DNA from: an uncultured Candidatus Binatia bacterium
GTDB lineage: Bacteria > Desulfobacterota > Binatia > UBA9968 > CAXXLF01
NCBI GenBank assembly: GCA_965218425.1
Contig: OZ244621.1
Span: 3,648,001-3,712,000 of the forward strand
Reading direction: 5' to 3'
DNA: 64,000 bases
Positions 30,702-40,422 of this stretch are shown in pieces; within the stretch, counting starts at the first letter, position 1, and each line of letters begins with the position of its first letter. The notes below the pieces were generated by a model. The model was not told where the DNA came from, did no database searches, and was given only the letters and a program-made list of their open reading frames with translations. Position numbers and translations under genes: made by a program.

Positions 30702-32033
30702 ATGAGGGACGTGGCTCAGTTAAGGAAAGACGCATGTTCCATATTTCAGTGTGGTGTGAGGGAGGCGGCTCCGGAAAACGCCATTGGGCGATCGTTGAAG
30801 GTAGATGGGGAGAGGTTGGAGGTCCACAATGAGGTTTATGACCTTGCACGCTACGATGGTATTTCCGTCATCGGTGCCGGAAAAGCCGCAGCCGTCATGG
30901 CTCAGGCCGTGGAGGCTCAACTCGCTCCACGAATCAAAGGTGGATTCGTTAACGTTAAGTATGGGCACAGTGCTTCCCTACAACGCATTGAAGTAAATGA
31001 GGCGGGCCACCCGGTTCCAGATGAAGCGGGGATACGGGGAGTGGACCGAATGATCCAACTCCTCCATGGAACCGGTGAGAAGGACTTGGTCCTCGCGTTG
31101 ATATCAGGTGGAGGATCAGCGTTGCTGCCGTATCCGGCTAAGGGTTTGACTTTAGGAGATAAACAAAAGGTCACCAAGCTTCTGTTGGATTGCGGCGCCT
31201 CCATTCGTGAGATCAATGCGGTGCGGAAGCATCTCTCCCAGATTAAAGGGGGCCGAATGGCTCGACTCGCTCACCCATCCACTTTGATCGGCTTGATCCT
31301 CTCAGATGTCATCGGAGATGATATGGATTGTATTGCCTCGGGACCTACGGCTCCCGATGGAAGCACCTTCCATGACTGCATCTGGATTATTGAAAAGCAT
31401 GGTCTTCGTACCCGGATGCCAAGTGCCGCCATGAAGGTACTAGAGAGAGGGGAGGGGGGAGAGCTGGAGGAGACGCCCAAAGTGGGTGGTACGGTCTTTA
31501 GGAACGTCAAAAATGTCATCGTGGGTAATAACGATCTGGCCCTCCAAGGGGCAAAGGAAAGGGCGCAACAGCTGGGTTATCACGGGCTCATCCTTTCGAG
31601 CTCCATTCAGGGAGAGACTCACGTTGCCGCAAGGGCTCATACGACCTTGGCTAATGAAATCCTAACCACGGACCATCCAGTTCTGAGACCCGCCTGCGTT
31701 ATTTCCGGGGGGGAGACCACCGTGTTTATAAAGGGAAACGGCTTGGGTGGACGAAATCAGGAGTTCGCGTTAGCAGCCGCTATGACAATTGACGGATTGG
31801 AACCTGTGGTCATTTTGAGTGGTGGAACCGATGGAACGGACGGTCCCACGGATGCCGCGGGAGCCCTTGTGGACGGCAGGACCATTGCAAGAGCAAAAGC
31901 GGCTGGCATGGATCCAAATCACTACCTTGAACGGAACGATTCGTACCATTTTTTTCAAAGTCTCGGAGACCTGCTGATCACCGGCCCCTCCCGCACGAAC
32001 GTGATGGATCTGAGGTTGGTGATGGTGGGTTGA
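30702..32033 (+). CDS. Glycerate kinase type II (TtuD/MOFRL family)
   Basis: GAGKAA, GHPVPD, ISGGGSALL, RKHLS.IKGG, SDV.GD....IASGPT, GGETTV, GGRNQE, GTDG.DGPTDAAG, TNVMD. Confidence 0.93.
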   Translation: MRDVAQLRKDACSIFQCGVREAAPENAIGRSLKVDGERLEVHNEVYDLARYDGISVIGAGKAAAVMAQAVEAQLAPRIKGGFVNVKYGHSASLQRIEVNEAGHPVPDEAGIRGVDRMIQLLHGTGEKDLVLALISGGGSALLPYPAKGLTLGDKQKVTKLLLDCGASIREINAVRKHLSQIKGGRMARLAHPSTLIGLILSDVIGDDMDCIASGPTAPDGSTFHDCIWIIEKHGLRTRMPSAAMKVLERGEGGELEETPKVGGTVFRNVKNVIVGNNDLALQGAKERAQQLGYHGLILSSSIQGETHVAARAHTTLANEILTTDHPVLRPACVISGGETTVFIKGNGLGGRNQEFALAAAMTIDGLEPVVILSGGTDGTDGPTDAAGALVDGRTIARAKAAGMDPNHYLERNDSYHFFQSLGDLLITGPSRTNVMDLRLVMVG

Positions 32034-32139
32034 TGATATTGATGGGACCGGCGAGATTCTTCTAAGACTGCAATCACAAATGTATTCACCTGGTTGCAGT
32101 TACGATGGAAAGATGGTGTCACAAAAGTGATAGTCTTTA

Positions 32140-32694
32140 TTGACGCTTCCCACAGCCCAGACAGAAAGGGTTTTTAAGGGCTTAGTGTTAGACGAGGACA
32201 TATGCTTAATGAGAAAATACGAGCGTAACTGGCAACATGAAAATCCAGTTCAGTCGGTTCCCCTGAACGATTTAAAGGAAGAGGCCCCTCAACTTGCTCC
32301 GGTGCCTGTTAGTTTGAATAAGCTGCATTCCGAATTCGTCGAAGGCTTCAATCACTTCCGGCCCATGTATCAAGAGATCCTGAGCAAGAAAAATTGGGAA
32401 AGACTGGACCGCATCCACCGAAAGTGGGGAGCCAATGAAAACGAAGAGTTCGATGCCGACCTGTGGAGCAAGGTGCTTTATGATTTTGCCTGCGTTTACC
32501 AGTTGTGGAAACGGAATAGACGCCGTTTAGTCGATATCATGATCTCGCTTTACTCTGGGCGTACCAAGAGTTACTGCCAACAGGTCATGGATATGACCTA
32601 TGAGGGAGCGGAAGCTGTTGTCCGGGAGCAGGCAAGGATTTTGGAACGAAACAAGCCCTATTTAATCAGGCGATCTGGTAGTTGGGGCAAGTGA
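32140..32694 (+). pseudogene. C-terminal remnant of a glucosylglycerate-synthase-like GT2 glycosyltransferase
   Basis: LM.KYE..W, LWSK..YDF, LY.GR..S, AE.VV..QA...E..KPYL.. resemble the C-terminal half of that family; no GT-A catalytic N-terminus upstream. Confidence 0.55.
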
Positions 32695-32815
32695 TTGGTA
32701 TCCGATGCCAGGTTAAAAAAGGGCGGCTCAAGCTCTACTCCGTGGGACGCAATCGGGTCTCATTAGTCCGCAAATTCCAACCTGATTCATCGGACCTTCT
32801 GCCCTAACATAGGGG

Positions 32816-32844
32816 TTGACACCAATGGGTTAACTAACTATGGT
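32816..32844 (+). promoter_or_regulatory. Putative sigma70 promoter TTGACA-N17-TATGGT for the gpgS operon
   Basis: Perfect -35, 17-bp spacer. Confidence 0.5.
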
Positions 32845-33011
32845 TATCCATTCCGTGGCTAGTTGTTTCGGAGGTACGTAGGAACTATCCCTGGACTGGA
32901 ATTGAAAGCCATGTTCTCCATGGACTTTCCAAGCCGTGAAAATTTCTCAAATCCATCGACTTGCTGGCTGAATCATACCATTCCTTAATCTTGAGCTCTT
33001 ATCCTTGGCTC

Positions 33012-34868
33012 ATGGATTTTGCAAAGAAGATTTTAATCCCCCTTCTTGATCCGGCCAGCGCGGCGCCTTATTTGAGGCTGGCAGCGGCGCTTCTGCCAAC
33101 CGACGGAAAAATACTTGCCTTGAAGGTGGTCCGGATCCCGGAGGAAACTTCCCTCAGCGAGGGAGCTGAGAAAACACCCACTAACCGAGCCGAATTGGAG
33201 GAAGTCAAGGGTCAGATCCCCCATGAGAGGGTGGAGCTGCGAACTCTGGTGCGGGTCTCATACCGACTTTCTGAGGAGATCACGGAAACCATGGAGAAGG
33301 AAAGTTGCGACCTGCTCCTGTTGCCGTGGAAGGGGTACACCAACTCCCAGGACCGTCTCTTTGGAAATACCATCGACAAGCTCCTTGAAGAACCTCCCGG
33401 CAGAATCATGGTAACTCGATTGGTGGAGTCCTTTGGATGCAACAGTTTATTGCTTCCTGTACGGGGAGGCCCCTATGCCGAGTTTGCCCTTGAGGTGGCA
33501 AACCAGCTCTCCAAAAGCCTGGGGACGAAGGTAACCGTCCTCCATTGCGAGCAGCCGGATCGACCGGGCTATGGTGAAAAACCCTACTACGGGTTTCTCC
33601 AGAAGCTTCGTTTTTATCGCCAGATGAGGCGCCTCTTGACTGTGCAGGCGGAACATCCTGAAAATGCCATCGTTGAGGAAGCCAAATGGCATGACATGGT
33701 CATCGTGGGAGCAGCGGCTGGGAGCGAGACCCAGAAGTCTTTTCTAGGGTCAGTGGTTGAGCATGGGGCAAAGGGGATGCAGAAACCATTAATGGTGGTG
33801 AAGACGCCTCAGCCCGTGCAGCTATGGTTGAACAAAGAACCAGTGGAGAAATTCAAACCGATATCCGAGAGGGTGGACAAATGGTTCGCGGAAAACAGCT
33901 TTCATGCAAAGGAATTTGGAGACCAGAAAAAATTGGTGGAAGCCAAGCAAAAGCAGGGGCTTACTATCAGCCTGGGCCTTCCGGCCCTGAACGAGGCCGA
34001 GACCATAGGGAATATCATCAAAACCATCAAAGGAGCCCTTATGGAAGAAGTGCCGCTCCTCGACGAGATGGTTCTTATTGACTCCGGCTCCACGGACGGT
34101 ACGGTTAAGATAGCGAAGGACCTAGGGGTTCCCTGTTTTACCCATCAAGAAATCCTTACCGATTATGGATCTTACCGTGGCAAAGGTGAGACCTTGTGGA
34201 AAAGCCTCTACGTGCTACGGGGTGATATCATTGCGTGGATTGACACAGATATAAAAAACATCCACTCAGGATTTGTATGTGGCTTGCTCGGACCTCTATT
34301 GGCTGAGCCCGACGTTCACTACGTGAAGGGATTTTATCGTCGGCCCATCCGGGTGGGCCGTAAGCTTTCTGCCAGCGGAGGCGGTCGAGTGACGGAGCTA
34401 ACGGCACGTCCTTTTCTGAACCTTTTTTATCCCGAGCTTTCAGGAATTATCCAACCCCTAGCGGGTGAGTACGCCGGTCGACGAGAAATTCTGGAAAGGG
34501 TGCCGTTTTTTACCGGCTATGGGGTGGAAACGGGCCTTCTTATTGATATCTACAACATGCTGGGGCCGCGGGCCATTGCACAGGTGGATCTTGGGGAGCG
34601 CATCCACCGAAACCAGTCGCTTCCGGCGCTCAGCCAGATGTCCTTCGCCATTATTCAAGTCTTCCTTCAACGTCTTCAAGAAAAAAACAGTATCGCACTG
34701 CTTGAGGGAATCAGCAGGAGCATGAAGCTGGTGCAGAGCACGCGCAACGCGTACTCCCTCGAGGTAAGAGAGATCACCGACCATGAGCGTCCACCCATGA
34801 TCACCATTCCCGATTATCAGTCCATGCCCCAGGAATCGCATCCCACGGATAGCGGACTGCTTCCCTGA
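33012..34868 (+). CDS. gpgS: Glucosyl-3-phosphoglycerate synthase with N-terminal tandem universal-stress-protein domains
   Basis: C-half: LPALNEA.TIG, DSGSTD, GKGE.LWKSL, WIDTD, VKGFY.RP, GGRVTEL, QPLAGEYA, GYGVE.GLL, R.HRNQ; N-half: KILIP, FG.TID.LL, LLPVRGGP.A, D.VIVGA, FLGSV.E. Confidence 0.9.
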   Translation: MDFAKKILIPLLDPASAAPYLRLAAALLPTDGKILALKVVRIPEETSLSEGAEKTPTNRAELEEVKGQIPHERVELRTLVRVSYRLSEEITETMEKESCDLLLLPWKGYTNSQDRLFGNTIDKLLEEPPGRIMVTRLVESFGCNSLLLPVRGGPYAEFALEVANQLSKSLGTKVTVLHCEQPDRPGYGEKPYYGFLQKLRFYRQMRRLLTVQAEHPENAIVEEAKWHDMVIVGAAAGSETQKSFLGSVVEHGAKGMQKPLMVVKTPQPVQLWLNKEPVEKFKPISERVDKWFAENSFHAKEFGDQKKLVEAKQKQGLTISLGLPALNEAETIGNIIKTIKGALMEEVPLLDEMVLIDSGSTDGTVKIAKDLGVPCFTHQEILTDYGSYRGKGETLWKSLYVLRGDIIAWIDTDIKNIHSGFVCGLLGPLLAEPDVHYVKGFYRRPIRVGRKLSASGGGRVTELTARPFLNLFYPELSGIIQPLAGEYAGRREILERVPFFTGYGVETGLLIDIYNMLGPRAIAQVDLGERIHRNQSLPALSQMSFAIIQVFLQRLQEKNSIALLEGISRSMKLVQSTRNAYSLEVREITDHERPPMITIPDYQSMPQESHPTDSGLLP

Positions 34869-34873
34869 CCGCG

Positions 34874-35713
34874 GTGGCAAACCAAAGCGGAAAGAAAACT
34901 CGGCTTATTGTTATTACCGACCTGGATGGCACCCTTCTAGATCAACGAACCTATGACTACCACGCCAGCTTGCCAGCCATTCAAAGGCTGCGATCTCTGG
35001 CCATCCCGCTGATTTTGTGCTCAAGCAAGACTTATGGTGAGATCCTCCCTCTATGGGAAGAGCTGGAATTAAACGCCCCTTTTATTGTAGAGAATGGAGG
35101 GGCCATCTATTTTTTGGAGCAAACCTTTCCCTTTCCCGTTAAGGAGGCCAAGACAAAAGGACAATTTAAAATTCTAGGATTAGGTGCCGAAATTTCAATT
35201 CTTCGTAATGCCCTTCAGGAAGCCGCTCGCCGAAACGGCGTAAGGCTTACATCCTTTGGCGCCATGACGCTGGAGGAAATTGCTAAACTCACCGGTTTGA
35301 GCAAAAGCGAATCCGCGCGAGCCGCTCAGAGAGAATACGACGAACCTTTTGTAGTAGAAGGTGGAAACCCCGAAGCGCTCAAAAACTCTTTGAGCGCCAA
35401 GGGATTCACCATGGTCAAGGGAGACCGGTTCTATCACCTTACGGCCGGGACCAATAAGGGAAGAGCCGCTGTGAAACTGTTGGAACTGTTCCGTCGCTCG
35501 AACCCGGCGGCGGTTAGCGTTGGCCTAGGTAACTCTGCCAACGATAGTGATTTTCTAGATCAGGTGGATCGACCCATCGTCATCCGAAATCCGGACGGAA
35601 ATTGGGATGCCGAGGTGATGAAGAGGATACCGACCATACAACGCAGTCATGGGATGGGGCCCCAGGGGTGGAGAGAGGCCATTGACGGCGTCCTAGTTTC
35701 AGTTGGGTTATAA
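34874..35713 (+). CDS. Glucosyl/mannosyl-3-phosphoglycerate phosphatase (HAD-IIB, GpgP/MpgP)
   Basis: TDLDGTLLD, CSSKT..E, PFIVENG, REYDEPF, GP.GW; directly follows gpgS. Confidence 0.9.
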   Translation: MANQSGKKTRLIVITDLDGTLLDQRTYDYHASLPAIQRLRSLAIPLILCSSKTYGEILPLWEELELNAPFIVENGGAIYFLEQTFPFPVKEAKTKGQFKILGLGAEISILRNALQEAARRNGVRLTSFGAMTLEEIAKLTGLSKSESARAAQREYDEPFVVEGGNPEALKNSLSAKGFTMVKGDRFYHLTAGTNKGRAAVKLLELFRRSNPAAVSVGLGNSANDSDFLDQVDRPIVIRNPDGNWDAEVMKRIPTIQRSHGMGPQGWREAIDGVLVSVGL

Positions 35714-35719
35714 ACGGTC

Positions 35720-36148
35720 ATGGAAGGTGAGGATTTGCCGGGTACGCTAAAGGAAATCGAAGTTGTGGCTGCGGTCATTATTAGCAGGGGACGTTATCTT
35801 GTTTGCCAGCGGAGGGAGGACGCAGTTTTTCCGCTCAAATGGGAATTTGCAGGTGGCAAGGTGGAAAAGGGAGAGGTGCCCTTTACTGCATTGCATAGAG
35901 AACTAAAAGAGGAGCTGGGCATTGAGATCGAATCGGCCACAGAGATACTCCGACACAGTCATGTCTACAAGGATCAATTCAAGGTAAACCTGAGGTTTTT
36001 CCAAGTGGATCAATTCACCGGAATTGTGACTAATAACGTTTTTCGTCAACTTCACTGGGTAAAACCAAAAGAGCTTGCCGACCTGGAGTTTCTAGAAGCC
36101 AATGGGCCGCTGATTCAGAAGCTGATTAGTCGAACGCTATCGGAGTGA
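35720..36148 (+). CDS. MutT-like NUDIX hydrolase
   Basis: Nudix box WEFAGGKVEKGE....ALHRELKEELGI. Confidence 0.92.
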   Translation: MEGEDLPGTLKEIEVVAAVIISRGRYLVCQRREDAVFPLKWEFAGGKVEKGEVPFTALHRELKEELGIEIESATEILRHSHVYKDQFKVNLRFFQVDQFTGIVTNNVFRQLHWVKPKELADLEFLEANGPLIQKLISRTLSE

Positions 36149-36180
36149 AGTTACAAGGGCTTCGTCACCAGTGTCGTACA

Positions 36181-36915
36181 TCAATCGGAAGGCAAAGGGG
36201 GACCTATCATGGATTCCCAGCGGTCCCTCACCGACCTTTGCCGCACGCCTTTGGTTCCCCTGGTGATCTGGTATAGAACCTTTTGGGTGGTATCGAGGCA
36301 ACTCAAGGTATTGCCGTAAACAAGGCCGGTGTCCAACCCGACCTTGTATGGGAGTTGAAAGAGTACTTCTTGAAGAGGGGTGTGGCCAAATAGCACGGTA
36401 TAAGGGAGCCGGTGACTGTTCCAGATAAATTGATCACGGATCCACAGCATTTCCTCTTCCACCTGTTCCTCCAGTGTCTTCGATGGATGAATGCCCCCAT
36501 GGACACAGAGAAATGACTCCATAATGTGATGGGTTTTTAGATTCTTAAAAAATTCGAGATGATTATCGGGCATGGAAGACAGAAGAACCCTGGGGTCATT
36601 GTTTCTTCCGGTAACGCCGTAACTGGCAAGGGTTGCCCAACCGCCATTGAATAGGAACATATCGCCGTGCTTCCCCGGCAAGCCAAGGTAAGCCATGAGC
36701 ATATCCTCATGGTTGCCTTTAAGAAAAATCATTTCCTGGTTTGCCTTATGCTTTAGTTCCAGGAGATAGGAAACCACCCCCTTGGAATCTGGGCCCCGAT
36801 CCACGTAATCTCCTAGAAAGATCAGTTTGTCCCCGGGTTGCAAAGGAAGAGCATTCAGAAGACGGGTCAATTCCCCAAGGCAGCCATGGATATCTCCTAC
36901 GACGTAGTGACTCAC
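36181..36915 (-). CDS. Calcineurin-like metallophosphoesterase (PPP family)
   Basis: GDIHG, GDYVDRGP, GNHE, HGG, GHTP, DTG. Confidence 0.93.
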   Translation of the reverse strand: MSHYVVGDIHGCLGELTRLLNALPLQPGDKLIFLGDYVDRGPDSKGVVSYLLELKHKANQEMIFLKGNHEDMLMAYLGLPGKHGDMFLFNGGWATLASYGVTGRNNDPRVLLSSMPDNHLEFFKNLKTHHIMESFLCVHGGIHPSKTLEEQVEEEMLWIRDQFIWNSHRLPYTVLFGHTPLQEVLFQLPYKVGLDTGLVYGNTLSCLDTTQKVLYQITRGTKGVRQRSVRDRWESMIGPPLPSD

Positions 36916-37150
36916 AGTGTCTTCACTATAAGAGACCTACTTCGCCAGTTCAAGAACCGGGTATTGCGCAGACGCGGCCAATGAGGGTCCCGTCAGAGAT
37001 AGTGAAGTGAGTTGTTGGTTGGATTGTGTGCTACTTCGAGAGTTGAATTATGAACATTTTCCATACCAGTTACTTAGGGTTTCGGAGATGCTCCTCGCTC
37101 CGCAGGTCTCCCACAGTGACCTTACCAAAGCCTGCGCGGTTCTGCTCAGG

Positions 37151-37230
37151 GAACGAGTCTGCGGCCGCGGGCAATAAGCCGGTGAATATTTGAACCCGAA
37201 CATTCGATGCCCACGGCCTTGCGTCTCGCT
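37151..37230. repeat. Copy A of a duplicated ~80-bp hairpin element
   Basis: 62/80 ungapped identity to 57208-57287. Confidence 0.7.
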
Positions 37231-37609
37231 CCCCTGCGTCGCTTTCGAGTTTGGGGCATAGGGGCTTGCACCGAACAAAGGGAGATGTCCGATACCGGAG
37301 GTTCAAGCTATGTTGGCATGCCAGATCAAATGACGGAACCTCGAGGCATAGCCCCATCAGCTCCCGCTGAGGGGCGGGCAACCGAGCCCGCTATCGCATC
37401 GGTGAACTTGCCTTCCCTCCGAGGGCCGCTTGAGTGAGGGGACCGCAGTTCCTGTAAAGGCACCATCAATCCCTTGCCAGGACTGATGATCTCAACGCAC
37501 GGTGTTTTGCGACGAACAGCGCCTCCCAGCTTGACTTTGCGGAGGGAACGGAGGATAAAAAGCAAGAGGAAGTTTGTCCTTTGGTGGACGGGCCAGGTAG
37601 AGGACGATA

Positions 37610-38812
37610 ATGGAAAATATATCGAGTACCGGGTCAGAGCGATTCGAGGACGGTTCAGCTCCGATCCCAAACGCCCCTCTGTTGGGTTATCGCAATTACT
37701 GGTATCCAGTGGTGGAAGCTCGACGCATTGGACGTCGTCCAATTTCAGTAAAAATTCTTGGCGAAAATATCGTTCTCTTTCCCGGCAAGGATGGAAAGGT
37801 GGCTGCCCTGGTTGATCGATGCCCCCACCGAGGAACTATGCTTTCCCGCGGTCGCATTCTGTTCCCCAGCACCCTCAGTTGCGGCTACCACGGTTGGACT
37901 TATAATGAGACGGGGGAATGTGTAGCTGCTATTATTGAAGGTCCCGAATCCAAGGTCCCAGGTAACGTTCGGGTTCGAGGGTACCCCACCGAGAAACGGT
38001 TTGGGATCGTATGGGCTTTTATGGGGGAAGGGGAACCGCCACCTCTAGATGAGGATCTCCCGCCCGAGCTCAAAGAGCCAGGGGGCATGACTTTTTTCAC
38101 CTTCCGTGAGTGGCAATCTAACTGGCGCAACGTGGTTGAAAACTATCCTGATATTCTGCATGCACCCTACGTGCATCGGAAATCAATTGAAGTGTTGTTC
38201 AACAAGGTTCCCGCCTGGGGCAAATGTCACTTCGAGCTGTTACCCGATGGTAAAGGAATGCATGTGCGGGGAATCGGGGGAGGGCTCCAGGCCGATTATC
38301 CTGGTGTGGGAAAATTCCCAGCGCGTCTTTGGTGGCGCGTGCTGAGGCGTCGTTATAAGAGGAAGGAGTGGAGCGGAGAGTCCACGGCGGGTGGAGATAT
38401 TCGTATGCCGGGCAATATCGTGGTGAAGGTGCGCGACACCTACTGCGGCATTCATATTTCCAACATGGGATGGCCTGTTCCCATTGATGAGCATCGAACC
38501 CGCCACCTGAACTTTCTTGTAACTTACCCTAGTAATTTAATCCATCGGTTCGCTCTCAAGATCTGGTACAACATTTATTTTCGCCATGTGCACCAGTTGT
38601 TTCTCAGGCAGGACCGGCGTCAGATAGAGGTCCAGCATTATCGCCAAGGGGAGCATCTCTCCAATACGGATATTGCATTGATCCAATGGAGAAAATTGGC
38701 GCCAAAGATCGCTAGAAAGATGAAAAACTCCACAGGAGCCGTGGCGGGACAGTCGAGTAAACCAGCCAAAGGGCAAGATGAAAAGACGCACGACGTTGGC
38801 CTTTCGGGTTAA
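37610..38812 (+). CDS. Rieske non-heme iron oxygenase (CarAa/OxoO-like)
   Basis: G.RNYWYP, CPHRG..CGYHGW, NWR..VEN..D..H...VH, VPIDE..TR. Confidence 0.9.
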   Translation: MENISSTGSERFEDGSAPIPNAPLLGYRNYWYPVVEARRIGRRPISVKILGENIVLFPGKDGKVAALVDRCPHRGTMLSRGRILFPSTLSCGYHGWTYNETGECVAAIIEGPESKVPGNVRVRGYPTEKRFGIVWAFMGEGEPPPLDEDLPPELKEPGGMTFFTFREWQSNWRNVVENYPDILHAPYVHRKSIEVLFNKVPAWGKCHFELLPDGKGMHVRGIGGGLQADYPGVGKFPARLWWRVLRRRYKRKEWSGESTAGGDIRMPGNIVVKVRDTYCGIHISNMGWPVPIDEHRTRHLNFLVTYPSNLIHRFALKIWYNIYFRHVHQLFLRQDRRQIEVQHYRQGEHLSNTDIALIQWRKLAPKIARKMKNSTGAVAGQSSKPAKGQDEKTHDVGLSG

Positions 38813-39095
38813 GGGGCGTCGGTCTTGATAGTCCAAACCTTTCTATCCTTATTCCTGCTCTAAATCATGGGGGTTGGGCTTCACAATTAAGACCCATAGC
38901 TTTGTTGTTAATAACCTGATGCGTTGCAGGGTTAGCCGGTAAGAACAACTTGCAAAAAAAATCCCAGATTAGTACGCTATGGTACAATTTGGCGCTTCCC
39001 CAAAGGATTCATCTCTAATCAATTTAATAATTTAGAAGTTGGCATTCCTCTTGTTTGATAGTTTCGCCAGTAGTTGTCTGTAGGAGGTTACCGTC

Positions 39096-39545
39096 ATGCC
39101 TCGATCCTTTATCGTTTGGCTCATTTTATTGGCCACATCGGTGGGTTTCCCGTCTAGTTCTGCCGGACAGGAAATGGTTGACGCGATTTTTGCCCGAGAT
39201 GTCGTCAACCGGGAGCCGGTTAAACCATTTCAACCTGGCGTTTACTGTGGGTCTGGGTCTGCACCCTCAGGATCAATCTCTGTCATCGACTCGCAACAGG
39301 AAAATAGGGTGTATCTATGGAACCGGGTGAAGTCTCAGGGTGAAGATGTAATTCGCCATCGTTGGTACAAGGACGGAGTGGAAGTGGCTGTGGTAGAGTT
39401 AGACGTGGCAGAATCTCCAGGGTGGCGAACCTGGAGTTCAAAAAACATCGATCCCAATTTCCATATTGGGAGCTGGAGAGTCGAAGCAACTGCCGCTAGC
39501 AAGCCTAGCGATTTAATATGTGTGGCCCATTTTATTGTGAAGTAA
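39096..39545 (+). CDS. Secreted DUF2914-like beta-sandwich protein
   Basis: Signal peptide; I.HRWY.DG.EVA.V.L, WRTWSSK, G.W.VE. Confidence 0.7.
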   Translation: MPRSFIVWLILLATSVGFPSSSAGQEMVDAIFARDVVNREPVKPFQPGVYCGSGSAPSGSISVIDSQQENRVYLWNRVKSQGEDVIRHRWYKDGVEVAVVELDVAESPGWRTWSSKNIDPNFHIGSWRVEATAASKPSDLICVAHFIVK

Positions 39546-39932
39546 TCCAGGCCCATCATATTGCTACCTATACCGACGCCAACAGTTATTCCCAACCACC
39601 AGCCCCAGCTTGCCCCAGGAAACACAACGGGAAGAAAGCTCGGGTGAACCATCACTCATCGTGTATACCACAGCTTCCTGAATGACCCCACTTCCAGATC
39701 TTTTCCTATCAGATCTGGTCTGTTTTTGACCTCTTATAGGGCTACGCACCACAGAGCGATTCAAACGGCAAAGTGCCTGGCCGGCATATCACTGACGGTC
39801 ACGATCATGTTGGGGAGAACACCACTTCATCAGCCAGTATTCATCTGGCTTCAGTTATCATCGCGAGCGGAAAACTAATGATGAGGAATTGGAATGGTTC
39901 GGCATTGATTTGATCCCCTAATATGCTAAGAG

Positions 39933-40127
39933 GTGAAGAGCGTGAAGATTTGGATAGCGCTACAACACAGCTCCGGATTACTGGCCGCCCTTGGTCTATT
40001 TTTTGCTATTTCGGCTTTTTCAAGTGATGCCGGTTCGCGGACCGTATCCACCGGACTTATCGTTGCGGGTTTGGGCCTTGTGGGTTTTGTGGCGGGACGA
40101 TACCTCGCTAAACGCTACGGACCATAA
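39933..40127 (+). CDS. Small two-TM hypothetical protein
   Basis: Two hydrophobic helices with a basic C-terminus. Confidence 0.45.
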   Translation: MKSVKIWIALQHSSGLLAALGLFFAISAFSSDAGSRTVSTGLIVAGLGLVGFVAGRYLAKRYGP

Positions 40128-40422
40128 ACCTCCTGGAGTTTTCCATTTCCTATAAGCCGAACGGTCGTTGTCCAAAACGAATATCTCCATGATGCGCGTG
40201 GATTGCCCGCCTTCAGAGAAGTTAGTGGACAAAAAGTAAAGTAGGCCTATCTTCTCGAGCTCAATAGCTAGAGCAAACATTTTCAAAGGAGATCACCCTC
40301 CGTTCAGTTCCCGGAGAAGTACCCTTGGCCAGCCACGGAATCGCGGGACAGAGTATCTGCTTGACACACCCGGGGCAGAAAACGACAATACCTTGGAGTA
40401 TAGACGGAAGGAGACAGGAGCT

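Noticed and set aside
39040..39054. Sigma54 promoter-like TGGCAT-N5-TTGT (also TGGCAC-N5-TTCC near 62792)
   Set aside because: The conserved -12 GC is missing in both.
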